From: Coprobacillaceae bacterium
GTDB taxonomy: Bacteria > Bacillota_I > Bacilli_A > Erysipelotrichales > Coprobacillaceae
Length of the DNA: 32,000 nucleotides
Direction of reading: 5' to 3'
NCBI GenBank assembly: GCA_963675515.1
Contig: OY776328.1
Span: forward strand, 1,320,001-1,352,000
Shown here: piece by piece, positions 16,687-24,356 of the stretch
Layout of the letters: each line of letters starts with the position of its first letter
Numbering within the stretch: position 1 is the stretch's first letter
Position numbers and translations under genes: made by a program
Notes under the pieces: generated by a model
The model's database searches: none
What the model saw: only the letters and a program-made list of their open reading frames with translations
What the model was told of the DNA's origin: nothing

Positions 16687-17619
16687 ATGGCAGACAAAAT
16701 TGCGACAAGAATATCGTATGGAGAGACCCTGGTCGAACTTGGCAAGATCCATGATGACCTGGTGGTCCTCGATGCCGATCTGGCAGCGGCAACCAAGACG
16801 GATATGTTCAAAAAAGCGTTCCCGGAACGTTTCATCGATGTGGGGATCGCCGAATGCAACCTGATGGGAATCGCCGCGGGAATGAGCACCTGCGGGAAGG
16901 TTCCTTTCTGTTCGACTTTCGCGATGTTCGCATCGGGGCGGGCCTTCGAGCAGGTCCGCAACACAATCGGATATCCCCGTCTCAACGTAAAAATCGGGGC
17001 GACCCATGCCGGAATCACTGTCGGTGAGGACGGGGCATCGCACCAATGCAACGAAGATTTGGCTTTGATGAGCACGATTCCAGGCATGACGGTCATTGTC
17101 CCAAGCGACGATATCGAAGCTAAAGCGGCGGTCAAAGCGGCCTACGAAACCTATGGTCCGATGTACCTGAGGTTCGGTCGGGCCCCGGTGGACATCATCA
17201 ACGATTTCGAGGGCTATAAGTTCGAAATCGGCAAAGGAGTCAAGCTAAAAGAAGGCAAGGATATCACTATCATCGCAACCGGTATCTGTGTTGGCAATTC
17301 CCTGGAAGCGGCCAAGATGCTTGAATCCGACGGTTTGAGCGTTGAAGTGATCAACATCCATACGATCAAGCCGCTGGACACCGATATCATCATCGAATCG
17401 GCCAAAAAGACCAACCGGGTCTTCACCGTTGAGGAACATTCGGTTATCAACGGACTGGGATCGCAGGTGGCAAGTGCCCTGGGGGAAAATTACCCGGTCA
17501 AGGTAACAAAGATTGGCATGTACGATGTCTTCGGGCAGTCGGGACCGGCCAATGAACTTTTGGTAAAATACCAGCTTGATCCAGCAGGCATCTATAACCA
17601 GATCAAAGAAAAATTGTAA
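16687..17619 (+). CDS. Transketolase, C-terminal (pyrimidine-binding) subunit
   Basis: GAGGTGGAG RBS, then ATG 16687 (MADKIATRISYGETL). The ORF-track start at 16537 overlaps the previous gene and is rejected. It has the FIDVGIAECNLMGIAAG motif. Confidence 0.95.
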   Translation: MADKIATRISYGETLVELGKIHDDLVVLDADLAAATKTDMFKKAFPERFIDVGIAECNLMGIAAGMSTCGKVPFCSTFAMFASGRAFEQVRNTIGYPRLNVKIGATHAGITVGEDGASHQCNEDLALMSTIPGMTVIVPSDDIEAKAAVKAAYETYGPMYLRFGRAPVDIINDFEGYKFEIGKGVKLKEGKDITIIATGICVGNSLEAAKMLESDGLSVEVINIHTIKPLDTDIIIESAKKTNRVFTVEEHSVINGLGSQVASALGENYPVKVTKIGMYDVFGQSGPANELLVKYQLDPAGIYNQIKEKL

Positions 17620-17661
17620 GATCCAACAATAATATTTGTTTCACATCCATTATCTAAGCAC

Positions 17662-17692
17662 AAAAAGCCAACCATCGCCAGGTTGGTTTTTT
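17662..17692 (+). terminator. Rho-independent terminator of the ula/tkt operon
   Basis: AAAAAG-CCAACC-ATCGCCA-GGTTGG-TTTTTT. Confidence 0.75.
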
Positions 17693-17797
17693 ACCTTCAG
17701 AAACAATTCTTCCGGTGTGACTTTCCGTCATCAAACAGCATTCACCATCTTAGAAAGGTAACATATGTATAACAATAATAAATTTATGTCACAGTAA

Positions 17798-17835
17798 GCA
17801 TTTTAGTTTACTAAAATGCAGTGCTGTGGTATTAT
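17798..17835 (+). promoter_or_regulatory. Adhesin promoter with overlapping 22-bp palindrome
   Basis: TTTACT (17807-17812), 17 nt spacer, TGgTATTAT (-10 at 17830-17835). A perfect inverted repeat GCATTTTAGT-TT-ACTAAAATGC (17798-17819) covers the -35. Confidence 0.5.
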
Positions 17836-17887
17836 TTGCACGTTATATTAGCTCTAATGGATATTTATAGACGAGGGGGAGAAAAAT

Positions 17888-20800
17888 ATGTTTATCCTGA
17901 AGAAGAGAAAAAGGTTTTTATTCACCTTATTCATGACGTTTACACTACTTATGAGCATCATGAATACAGGTGTCATGGTAAATGCGGACACCGGTGAGAA
18001 CAAGACGGATGTCCTGGATACTGAGGTATCCTTGTCCCAGGATGGGACAGAATTGACCGGGAGTGATGTCATCGACGCCACCAAGGATATAGTGGTCAAG
18101 GTCGATTTCGCCATCCCGGTGGTCGGAGATGAGCCGACGCCTGCCATTGTGGTCAATCAGGGTGATTATGCCCTGTTCGATTTCGGATCGGACTTTTCTC
18201 TTGTCAATGAGGGCCTTTTCGACCTGACTTACGGCGGGGTAAAGGTCGGAGAAGTCAACCTGGTCAACAATGCGACAACCAACCATGTCGAAGCGCAGGT
18301 AAGTTTCAACGGTGACGCTCAAGTCTACGACGGGACCTTGAACACGGTCCTGGCGGGATTCAGCGCGACCTTGCGGTATGACGGCAATGGTGCCGGTCTG
18401 GATGATGCCAACTACAACGTGACTGTATTGAACAAGACGTTCACGGTCAATGTCCCGGCAGCCACCAAGACGTACAATCTGACTAAATCGGGTGTTGTGG
18501 ACCTTGATAACAAGGTCATCAACTGGACGATCAATGCCAGCGTCGAACAGATGGGAGGGTACATTTCGCTGGCCGGCTATTCGATTCAAGATGACCTCAC
18601 CAACGTCGGTGAGCTGGTTGATAGTTCCTTCAAGGTAAACAACGTGGCGGTAGCCAACTCGGTCGATGGCAGCGGGGTTTTGAATTATGCCTTCACATCA
18701 GCTGACGGAGGGCAGGCGGCAATCACCTTCCAGACGCGCATCAGTGACAGTGAATATTACTCGCAAACTACCCACACCAAAAACAACAGTGTGACCATGT
18801 CTGACCCGGCAAGCACAATCGTCAAATCAGCGAGCGCCTCGGTAAGCTTCAGGCCGCAATGGATAACCAAATCAGGAACATCCAGCGATGCCAATGTGGC
18901 TGTCTACAACCCGACCGACCGCACGGTGACCTGGACGATTGTCGCCAATGACAATGCCGTCAACCTCCACAATGTGGTGATCAAAGATGTCTTGAGCGGA
19001 GGACTTACTTTCAATTCGGCTACCTGGGCGAAATGGGACGATGGTTCTTCCACCTGGGTCGACACGACAGCCATCACGCCTGAAAGCAACAGCGAATATG
19101 CCCTTGGCGATATTTCCAGCAAGATCCTGCTGACAATCGTAGCGAACGTTCCCAATCCGACCGGTCTGCAGGTCGTGACCGGGACAACCAACTATTCCAA
19201 CACGGCTACAATCTACTGGACCGGCAATGAAGGGGGCATCGCTTCTTCTCCAGTAGGAGTGAGTGTGGGATACAACGCCATCACCAAAAGCGGGGTGGCC
19301 AACACAAGTGAAGGGACGATAACCTGGAGTGTCAATGTCAATGCCAAGTCCCAGGCCATTCCCGATTTGAAAGTGTATGACCTGCTTATATATGGCAGCT
19401 CTAACGTGAATTTGAACCAGGTTACCGGCCTGCCAGCAGGGATCGCTACAAGCGATCTGACCCAGCGGACAAACCAGAAATACATCGAGGGATCACTGAC
19501 CAACTCGGCCATAAGCGTTGTTGTCCATCCTTTGTATATCGGTGGGACCCAAGTGGGGGAACTGCTTGAATTTGGCGGCCTGTCTACAGTTTCGACCAAT
19601 TCCTTCAGCTTCAAGACCCTTGTCACCAATCCGGATATCTACGCCGGGAACCGTTCGGTCAATGTCTACAATACCGCCAGCCTTTTTAGCGGCAACACCA
19701 GACTGAATGCAACCACCGGAAGAGTCACTTACAACGGCAGTGTCCTGGCAAAAAGGCTGATCAATTTCAATTACCAGACCAATCTTACCCAAGGGTTAAG
19801 TCACGTCACTTCCAACGGAGCTCTGGGATTCAACTATCTCGACAAGACGGTGGTCTACTATCTTGATGTCAACCGCAATTCCATGGATCTGACGAACATG
19901 GCAAATGCCAACAATTCGCTGCTAGGAGATATCAAGGTAAGCGATGTTCTCCCACAGGGATGGAGCTTTGTCGAACTGGTTTCAGGTCAGATGTTCCAGC
20001 TCTATGAAGTTGATGGGAGCAACAATTACACCCTGGTAAGTGACTTGTCGTTTCTAACCAGTGATTTCACGAGCCAATCGGGACAGGCCGATTTCACTTT
20101 CAGCCAGCTTGACAAGCATTACGTCATCCTGGTCAAGGCGCAAGCAAGCGAAGATGCCTTGAAGGACTATTTCGACGGTTCCAAGACGACAACCCTTACA
20201 AACAACATCACGTTGACAGCGGCCAATCACACTTTCAATCCCACAGTCACTGCATCACAAAATGTCCAGATCGTAAGTTCGGTGCTGGCCAAGGATTACA
20301 GCCTGGCAGCAGCCGGTGAACTTGACTGGACCATCGATTACAAGACTTACAACCTTAATCTTGCCGGAATCAAAATCGAGGATACCTTGCCTTATGGTCT
20401 GGAGCTAAAAACCGACAGCACCGGGGCCCTGGTCATCGATGGCAATATCCGGGCCTACAAGCTAAATCTCAACGCCGATGGTTCATATTCGCTTTTAGAC
20501 CAGCTGACCCTGGTGGAGGGCGACAATGTGTTCTATGACAGCGCGACCAGAACGCTGACTTTCATGATTGAGGATCCGACCAGCTCTTATCGTTTCATGT
20601 ATAAGACGGATATCACCGGTGAACCCGGAACGATTTCCAACAGCGTCCGGCTCTACAGCGACAGCGATCTTAGTGTCGATACGCAAAAAAGCTATGTGAT
20701 CACCAGACAGGACGAGTATGCGAGTTTCCAGAAAAGCGGATGGATCGAAGTGACCAAAGTCAACGATGACAATGCTCCGCTTCAAAACGTCGAATTTACG

Positions 20801-23155
20801 ATATATACGTCCGATGGATCGGTGCTAAGAAAAGGACTGACTGATGGCAGCGGAAAAATCAGGTTCAAGGTTCTTCCGGTTGGCGAATATACCTTACAGG
20901 AAACATCAAGCGTTGCCGGTTACAGTCTCATCGCGGCTACCCATACTCTAAGTGTGGTCAAGCAGGCCGACAATTCAACCGTAGCCTCGATCGATGGCAA
21001 AACAGCTAGCGGTTCGAACCTGATCACAATCAGGAACTACAGCGTTGACAATTTTGGATCATTGAAGCTGACCAAAAATGTGAGCGGGGCCGGAGTTGAG
21101 GCGAATCAGGAATATGAATTCACGATAACCCTAAGCACAAGCAATGACTACGACTACTATATCAACGGCAGCCTGAAAGGTTCTTTGAGTTCTGGAGACG
21201 CTGTAAGCTTGAAAGCCGGGGATGTGCTGACAATTCCTGGAATCGAGCAGGGGATCTCTTATGAAGTGGCTGAAAAAGACTACAGCAATATCGGGCTCCA
21301 GTACATTAGCGACAGTGCCGTCGGAACAATCACTGCCGGTGCAACTGCCGAGGTAACCTTCACGAATTCGAAAATCCCTACGGGAACCCTGACTCTTTCA
21401 AAAGAAGTGACCGGAATCCAGGGCGACCATGACAAGAAATTCGAGTTCACCATCTACTTTAAAAACAGCTCCCGGACATTCGCGTACACTGGAAAAGGTG
21501 TTAACGACGGTACGGTCACTGACGGTTCAGTCATCTCACTGGCCTCGGGACAAAGCATCACAATCCTGGATCTGCCTGAAAATCTCGAGTACGAAATCGT
21601 GGAAAAGGACTACTCTAAGGATCTCTACACCACAACAAGTGTCAACGAATCAGGTGTGATAGTAGCTGATAAAAATATAGATGCACTCTTCACAAACAAC
21701 CGCCTTCCAACCGGAAATCTGACAGTTTCCAAGGAAGTTGCCGGAGAAGACGGGGATCTGGAAAAATCGTTCGAGTTCACCATCTACCTGAAAGACTGCA
21801 CGGATTCATTCGATTACACCGGCAATGGTGTTGGTGACGGTAGTGTTACTGACGGTTCAGTCATCTCACTGGCAGCCGGTCAAAGCATCACAATCATGGA
21901 CCTGCCAGAGGGTCTCGAGTATGAAGTTGTCGAAAAGGATTATATCGATGACCAGTATTATACGGCAAGTGTCAATGATACCGGGGTCATCGCAGTCAAT
22001 GAGAATATCGATGTCCTGTTCACAAACACCAAGTTCAAGGTGGGAAGCCTGACTCTTACAAAAGAAGTGACCGGAATCCAGGGCGACCATGACAAGAAAT
22101 TCGAGTTCACCATTCATTTGAAAGACTGCACCCGGACATTCGCATACACCGGAAACGGTGTTGCTGATGGAACGGTGCGGGACGGTTCCATCATCTCGCT
22201 GGCCTCAGGACAAAGCATCACAATCATGGACCTGCCTGAAGATCTCGAATACGAAATTGTGGAAAAGGATTACTCTAATGATCTCTACACCACCACAAGT
22301 GCCAACGAATCCGGGGTGATCATCGGCGATGAAAATATCGATGCACTCTTCACGAACAACCGGATTCCAACCGGAAATCTGACAGTTTCCAAGGAAGTTG
22401 CCGGAGAAGACGGGGATCTGGAAAAATCGTTCGAGTTTTCAATCTACCTGAAAGACTGCACGGATTCATTCGAGTACACCGGCAACGGTGTCGCTGGCGG
22501 GATTGTTTCCAACGGTTCAGTCATCTCACTGGCATCTGGACAAAGCATCACAATCATGGACCTGCCTGAGGGTCTCGAGTACGAGATTGTCGAAAAGGAC
22601 TATATCGATGACCAGTATTACACGGCAAGTGTCAATGATACCGGGGTCATCGCAGTCAATGAGAATATCGAAGCGATGTTCACAAACACCAAGTTCAAGG
22701 TGGGAACCCTTACCATTTCAAAAGAAGTGACCGGAAATCAGGGCGATCCTGACAAGCTGTTCAACTTCACAATCCACTTCAAGGATTGCACCCGTACCTT
22801 CGCATTTACCGGTATCGGTGTCGAAGGTGGAATCATCACCGATGGTGATGTCATTGCGTTGGCATCAGGTCAAAGCATAACCATCTGCGATCTTCCAGAA
22901 AATCTGGAATATGCAGTCATCGAGGATGACTACACATCTTCAGGGTATACCACCACAAGTGAAAACACACAAGGTACAATAATTGGAGATGAAGATATCA
23001 ATGCCAAGTTTGTCAATGACAAACAGGTCGAAGTCAGCGAAGATGGTAACAAAACATTGGATACAGGAGATTCTAAGCTTGGCTATGCAGTCAATCTGGC
23101 TATGTTCTTTGGATCATTGGCGATGCTGCTTATTGCCCTTAAAAAGATAGTTTAA
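17888..23155 (+). CDS. Large cell-surface adhesin-like protein (Cna A-region-like N-terminal domains, one SpaA/CnaB prealbumin-type domain, six tandem Ig-like stalk domains, C-terminal hydrophobic anchor)
   Basis: Signal peptide MFILKKRKRFLFTLFMTFTLLMSIMNTGVMVNA|D. Recurrent TKSG...(I/V)(N/T)W(T/S)(I/V) strands as in collagen-binding A-domains. GWIEVTKVNDDNAPLQNVEFTIYTSDGS...GKIRFKVLPVGEYTLQETSSVAGY is CnaB/SpaA-like. Six ~110-aa repeats. The tail is LDTGDSKLGYAVNLAMFFGSLAMLLIALKKIV. Confidence 0.9.
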   Translation: MFILKKRKRFLFTLFMTFTLLMSIMNTGVMVNADTGENKTDVLDTEVSLSQDGTELTGSDVIDATKDIVVKVDFAIPVVGDEPTPAIVVNQGDYALFDFGSDFSLVNEGLFDLTYGGVKVGEVNLVNNATTNHVEAQVSFNGDAQVYDGTLNTVLAGFSATLRYDGNGAGLDDANYNVTVLNKTFTVNVPAATKTYNLTKSGVVDLDNKVINWTINASVEQMGGYISLAGYSIQDDLTNVGELVDSSFKVNNVAVANSVDGSGVLNYAFTSADGGQAAITFQTRISDSEYYSQTTHTKNNSVTMSDPASTIVKSASASVSFRPQWITKSGTSSDANVAVYNPTDRTVTWTIVANDNAVNLHNVVIKDVLSGGLTFNSATWAKWDDGSSTWVDTTAITPESNSEYALGDISSKILLTIVANVPNPTGLQVVTGTTNYSNTATIYWTGNEGGIASSPVGVSVGYNAITKSGVANTSEGTITWSVNVNAKSQAIPDLKVYDLLIYGSSNVNLNQVTGLPAGIATSDLTQRTNQKYIEGSLTNSAISVVVHPLYIGGTQVGELLEFGGLSTVSTNSFSFKTLVTNPDIYAGNRSVNVYNTASLFSGNTRLNATTGRVTYNGSVLAKRLINFNYQTNLTQGLSHVTSNGALGFNYLDKTVVYYLDVNRNSMDLTNMANANNSLLGDIKVSDVLPQGWSFVELVSGQMFQLYEVDGSNNYTLVSDLSFLTSDFTSQSGQADFTFSQLDKHYVILVKAQASEDALKDYFDGSKTTTLTNNITLTAANHTFNPTVTASQNVQIVSSVLAKDYSLAAAGELDWTIDYKTYNLNLAGIKIEDTLPYGLELKTDSTGALVIDGNIRAYKLNLNADGSYSLLDQLTLVEGDNVFYDSATRTLTFMIEDPTSSYRFMYKTDITGEPGTISNSVRLYSDSDLSVDTQKSYVITRQDEYASFQKSGWIEVTKVNDDNAPLQNVEFTIYTSDGSVLRKGLTDGSGKIRFKVLPVGEYTLQETSSVAGYSLIAATHTLSVVKQADNSTVASIDGKTASGSNLITIRNYSVDNFGSLKLTKNVSGAGVEANQEYEFTITLSTSNDYDYYINGSLKGSLSSGDAVSLKAGDVLTIPGIEQGISYEVAEKDYSNIGLQYISDSAVGTITAGATAEVTFTNSKIPTGTLTLSKEVTGIQGDHDKKFEFTIYFKNSSRTFAYTGKGVNDGTVTDGSVISLASGQSITILDLPENLEYEIVEKDYSKDLYTTTSVNESGVIVADKNIDALFTNNRLPTGNLTVSKEVAGEDGDLEKSFEFTIYLKDCTDSFDYTGNGVGDGSVTDGSVISLAAGQSITIMDLPEGLEYEVVEKDYIDDQYYTASVNDTGVIAVNENIDVLFTNTKFKVGSLTLTKEVTGIQGDHDKKFEFTIHLKDCTRTFAYTGNGVADGTVRDGSIISLASGQSITIMDLPEDLEYEIVEKDYSNDLYTTTSANESGVIIGDENIDALFTNNRIPTGNLTVSKEVAGEDGDLEKSFEFSIYLKDCTDSFEYTGNGVAGGIVSNGSVISLASGQSITIMDLPEGLEYEIVEKDYIDDQYYTASVNDTGVIAVNENIEAMFTNTKFKVGTLTISKEVTGNQGDPDKLFNFTIHFKDCTRTFAFTGIGVEGGIITDGDVIALASGQSITICDLPENLEYAVIEDDYTSSGYTTTSENTQGTIIGDEDINAKFVNDKQVEVSEDGNKTLDTGDSKLGYAVNLAMFFGSLAMLLIALKKIV
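21380..23032 (+). repeat. In-frame tandem repeat: 660-bp super-unit (two alternating 330-bp domain types, A-B) present about 2.5 times
   Basis: The sequence at 21400-21450 recurs at exactly +660 (22060-22110) and in diverged form at +1320. The 56-nt block at 21721-21776 is identical at 22381-22436. Confidence 0.9.
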
Positions 23156-23191
23156 GAACCGGCAGATAAATCGGCTTTCAACATATCGTTA

Positions 23192-23218
23192 AACCGGAAA
23201 TGAAAATTTCCGGTTTTC
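23192..23218 (+). terminator. Rho-independent terminator of the adhesin gene
   Basis: AACCGGAAAT-GAAA-ATTTCCGGTT followed by TTTC. Confidence 0.75.
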
Positions 23219-23238
23219 ATCTTTTATCGGGCCATCTG

Positions 23239-23266
23239 CTTGGATGTTTGATCTTGGATGTTTCAT
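23239..23266 (+). repeat. 14-bp tandem direct repeat upstream of the DeoR gene
   Basis: CTTGGATGTTTGAT then CTTGGATGTTTCAT, followed by a partial third unit GGATTTGTT. Confidence 0.6.
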
Positions 23267-23373
23267 GGATTTGTTCCAAACGGAAGCTACTGACTCATAA
23301 CGCAAACGAAAGCGACTGGTGTTGCTTTTGAAAGCTTTGTGTGTTATTCTTTTTTTAGAAATGGGTGAAACAT

Positions 23374-24126
23374 ATGAACAAAAGACAAGCTAAGATATTG
23401 GAAATACTGACTGAATACAAGAAAATCGAGGTGTCTAAACTTTCGCAGTTGCTCGAGGTGTCCCAGGTGACGATCCGCAAGGACCTAGCGCAGCTCGAAA
23501 ACAGCGGGATGCTTGTAAGGGAGCATGGCTATGCCACGCTTAACGACAGTGACGACATCAACAACCGCCTGGCTTATCATTACCAGACCAAACAAAAGAT
23601 CGCAACGATGGCGGCTGGATCGATCCAGAACGGTGAGACGGTCATGATCGAATCGGGGTCATGCTGCGCCCTGGTTGCTTTGGAAATCGCTAAGACAAAA
23701 AAGGATGTGACCATCATCACGAATTCGGCCTTCATCGCCGATTACATCAGAAAGACGGGCAACGTCAAGATCATCCTGCTGGGTGGCGAGTACCAGAGAG
23801 AGTCCCAGGTCATGGTCGGACCGATAACCCGCAAATGTGTCGAGAGTTTCTTTGTAAACAAATTCTTCATCGGAACCGACGGCTTCTCCATCAACTCGGG
23901 CTTCACCGGCAACAACCTCATGCGCGCTGAGACAGTCAAGGATATGGCCAGACAGGCCAAGGAGATAATCATCGTCAGTGATTCTTCCAAATTTGCCAAA
24001 ACCGGGGTGGTCAACCTGCTGCCTACCAGTGCCATTCACAAGGTTATCACCGACAGCAATGTGCCCAATGGGGATGAGGAGTATCTGATTTCGCAGAACG
24101 TTGCAGTCGAAAAAGTTGCGATATAA
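23374..24126 (+). CDS. DeoR-family transcriptional regulator (putative regulator of the glycyl-radical locus)
   Basis: wHTH EVSKLSQLLEVSQVTIRKDLAQLE plus a DeoR C-terminal domain. I prefer ATG 23374 (MNKRQ) to the GTG at 23365 in the ORF track. Confidence 0.9.
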   Translation: MNKRQAKILEILTEYKKIEVSKLSQLLEVSQVTIRKDLAQLENSGMLVREHGYATLNDSDDINNRLAYHYQTKQKIATMAAGSIQNGETVMIESGSCCALVALEIAKTKKDVTIITNSAFIADYIRKTGNVKIILLGGEYQRESQVMVGPITRKCVESFFVNKFFIGTDGFSINSGFTGNNLMRAETVKDMARQAKEIIIVSDSSKFAKTGVVNLLPTSAIHKVITDSNVPNGDEEYLISQNVAVEKVAI

Positions 24127-24234
24127 GGTTGTCATTCCAATCAATAATTATCTACTAAACCATACGAACACTCCAGCTCCAGACAGGACGGTGTGTTTTT
24201 TTGTGCCTTTGAATAGGCGCTGACACCGCAGTTG

Positions 24235-24343
24235 AGTTTCGAATGAAATATAATTTTCTTATTTATGAAATTACATTGACAATTTATCAAGCTGTGCTAA
24301 TATTTTGGTATGTAATGAAATTTGATAAAGTTTCGAATGAAAT
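24235..24343 (+). promoter_or_regulatory. GRE promoter flanked by 15-bp direct repeats (candidate operators)
   Basis: TTGACA (24276-24281), 16 nt spacer, TGcTAATAT (-10 at 24298-24303). AGTTTCGAATGAAAT occurs at 24235-24249 and again at 24329-24343, 94 bp apart. ATGAAAT occurs five times between 24242 and 24358. Confidence 0.5.
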
Positions 24344-24356
24344 CAAGGAGAATGAA

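Noticed and set aside
21380-23032. The possibility that the regular repeats are a CRISPR array or a non-coding satellite.
   Set aside because: The units are 330/660 bp, lie in frame within one long ORF, and encode complete Ig-like domains. There is no short repeat-spacer organisation and there are no cas genes.
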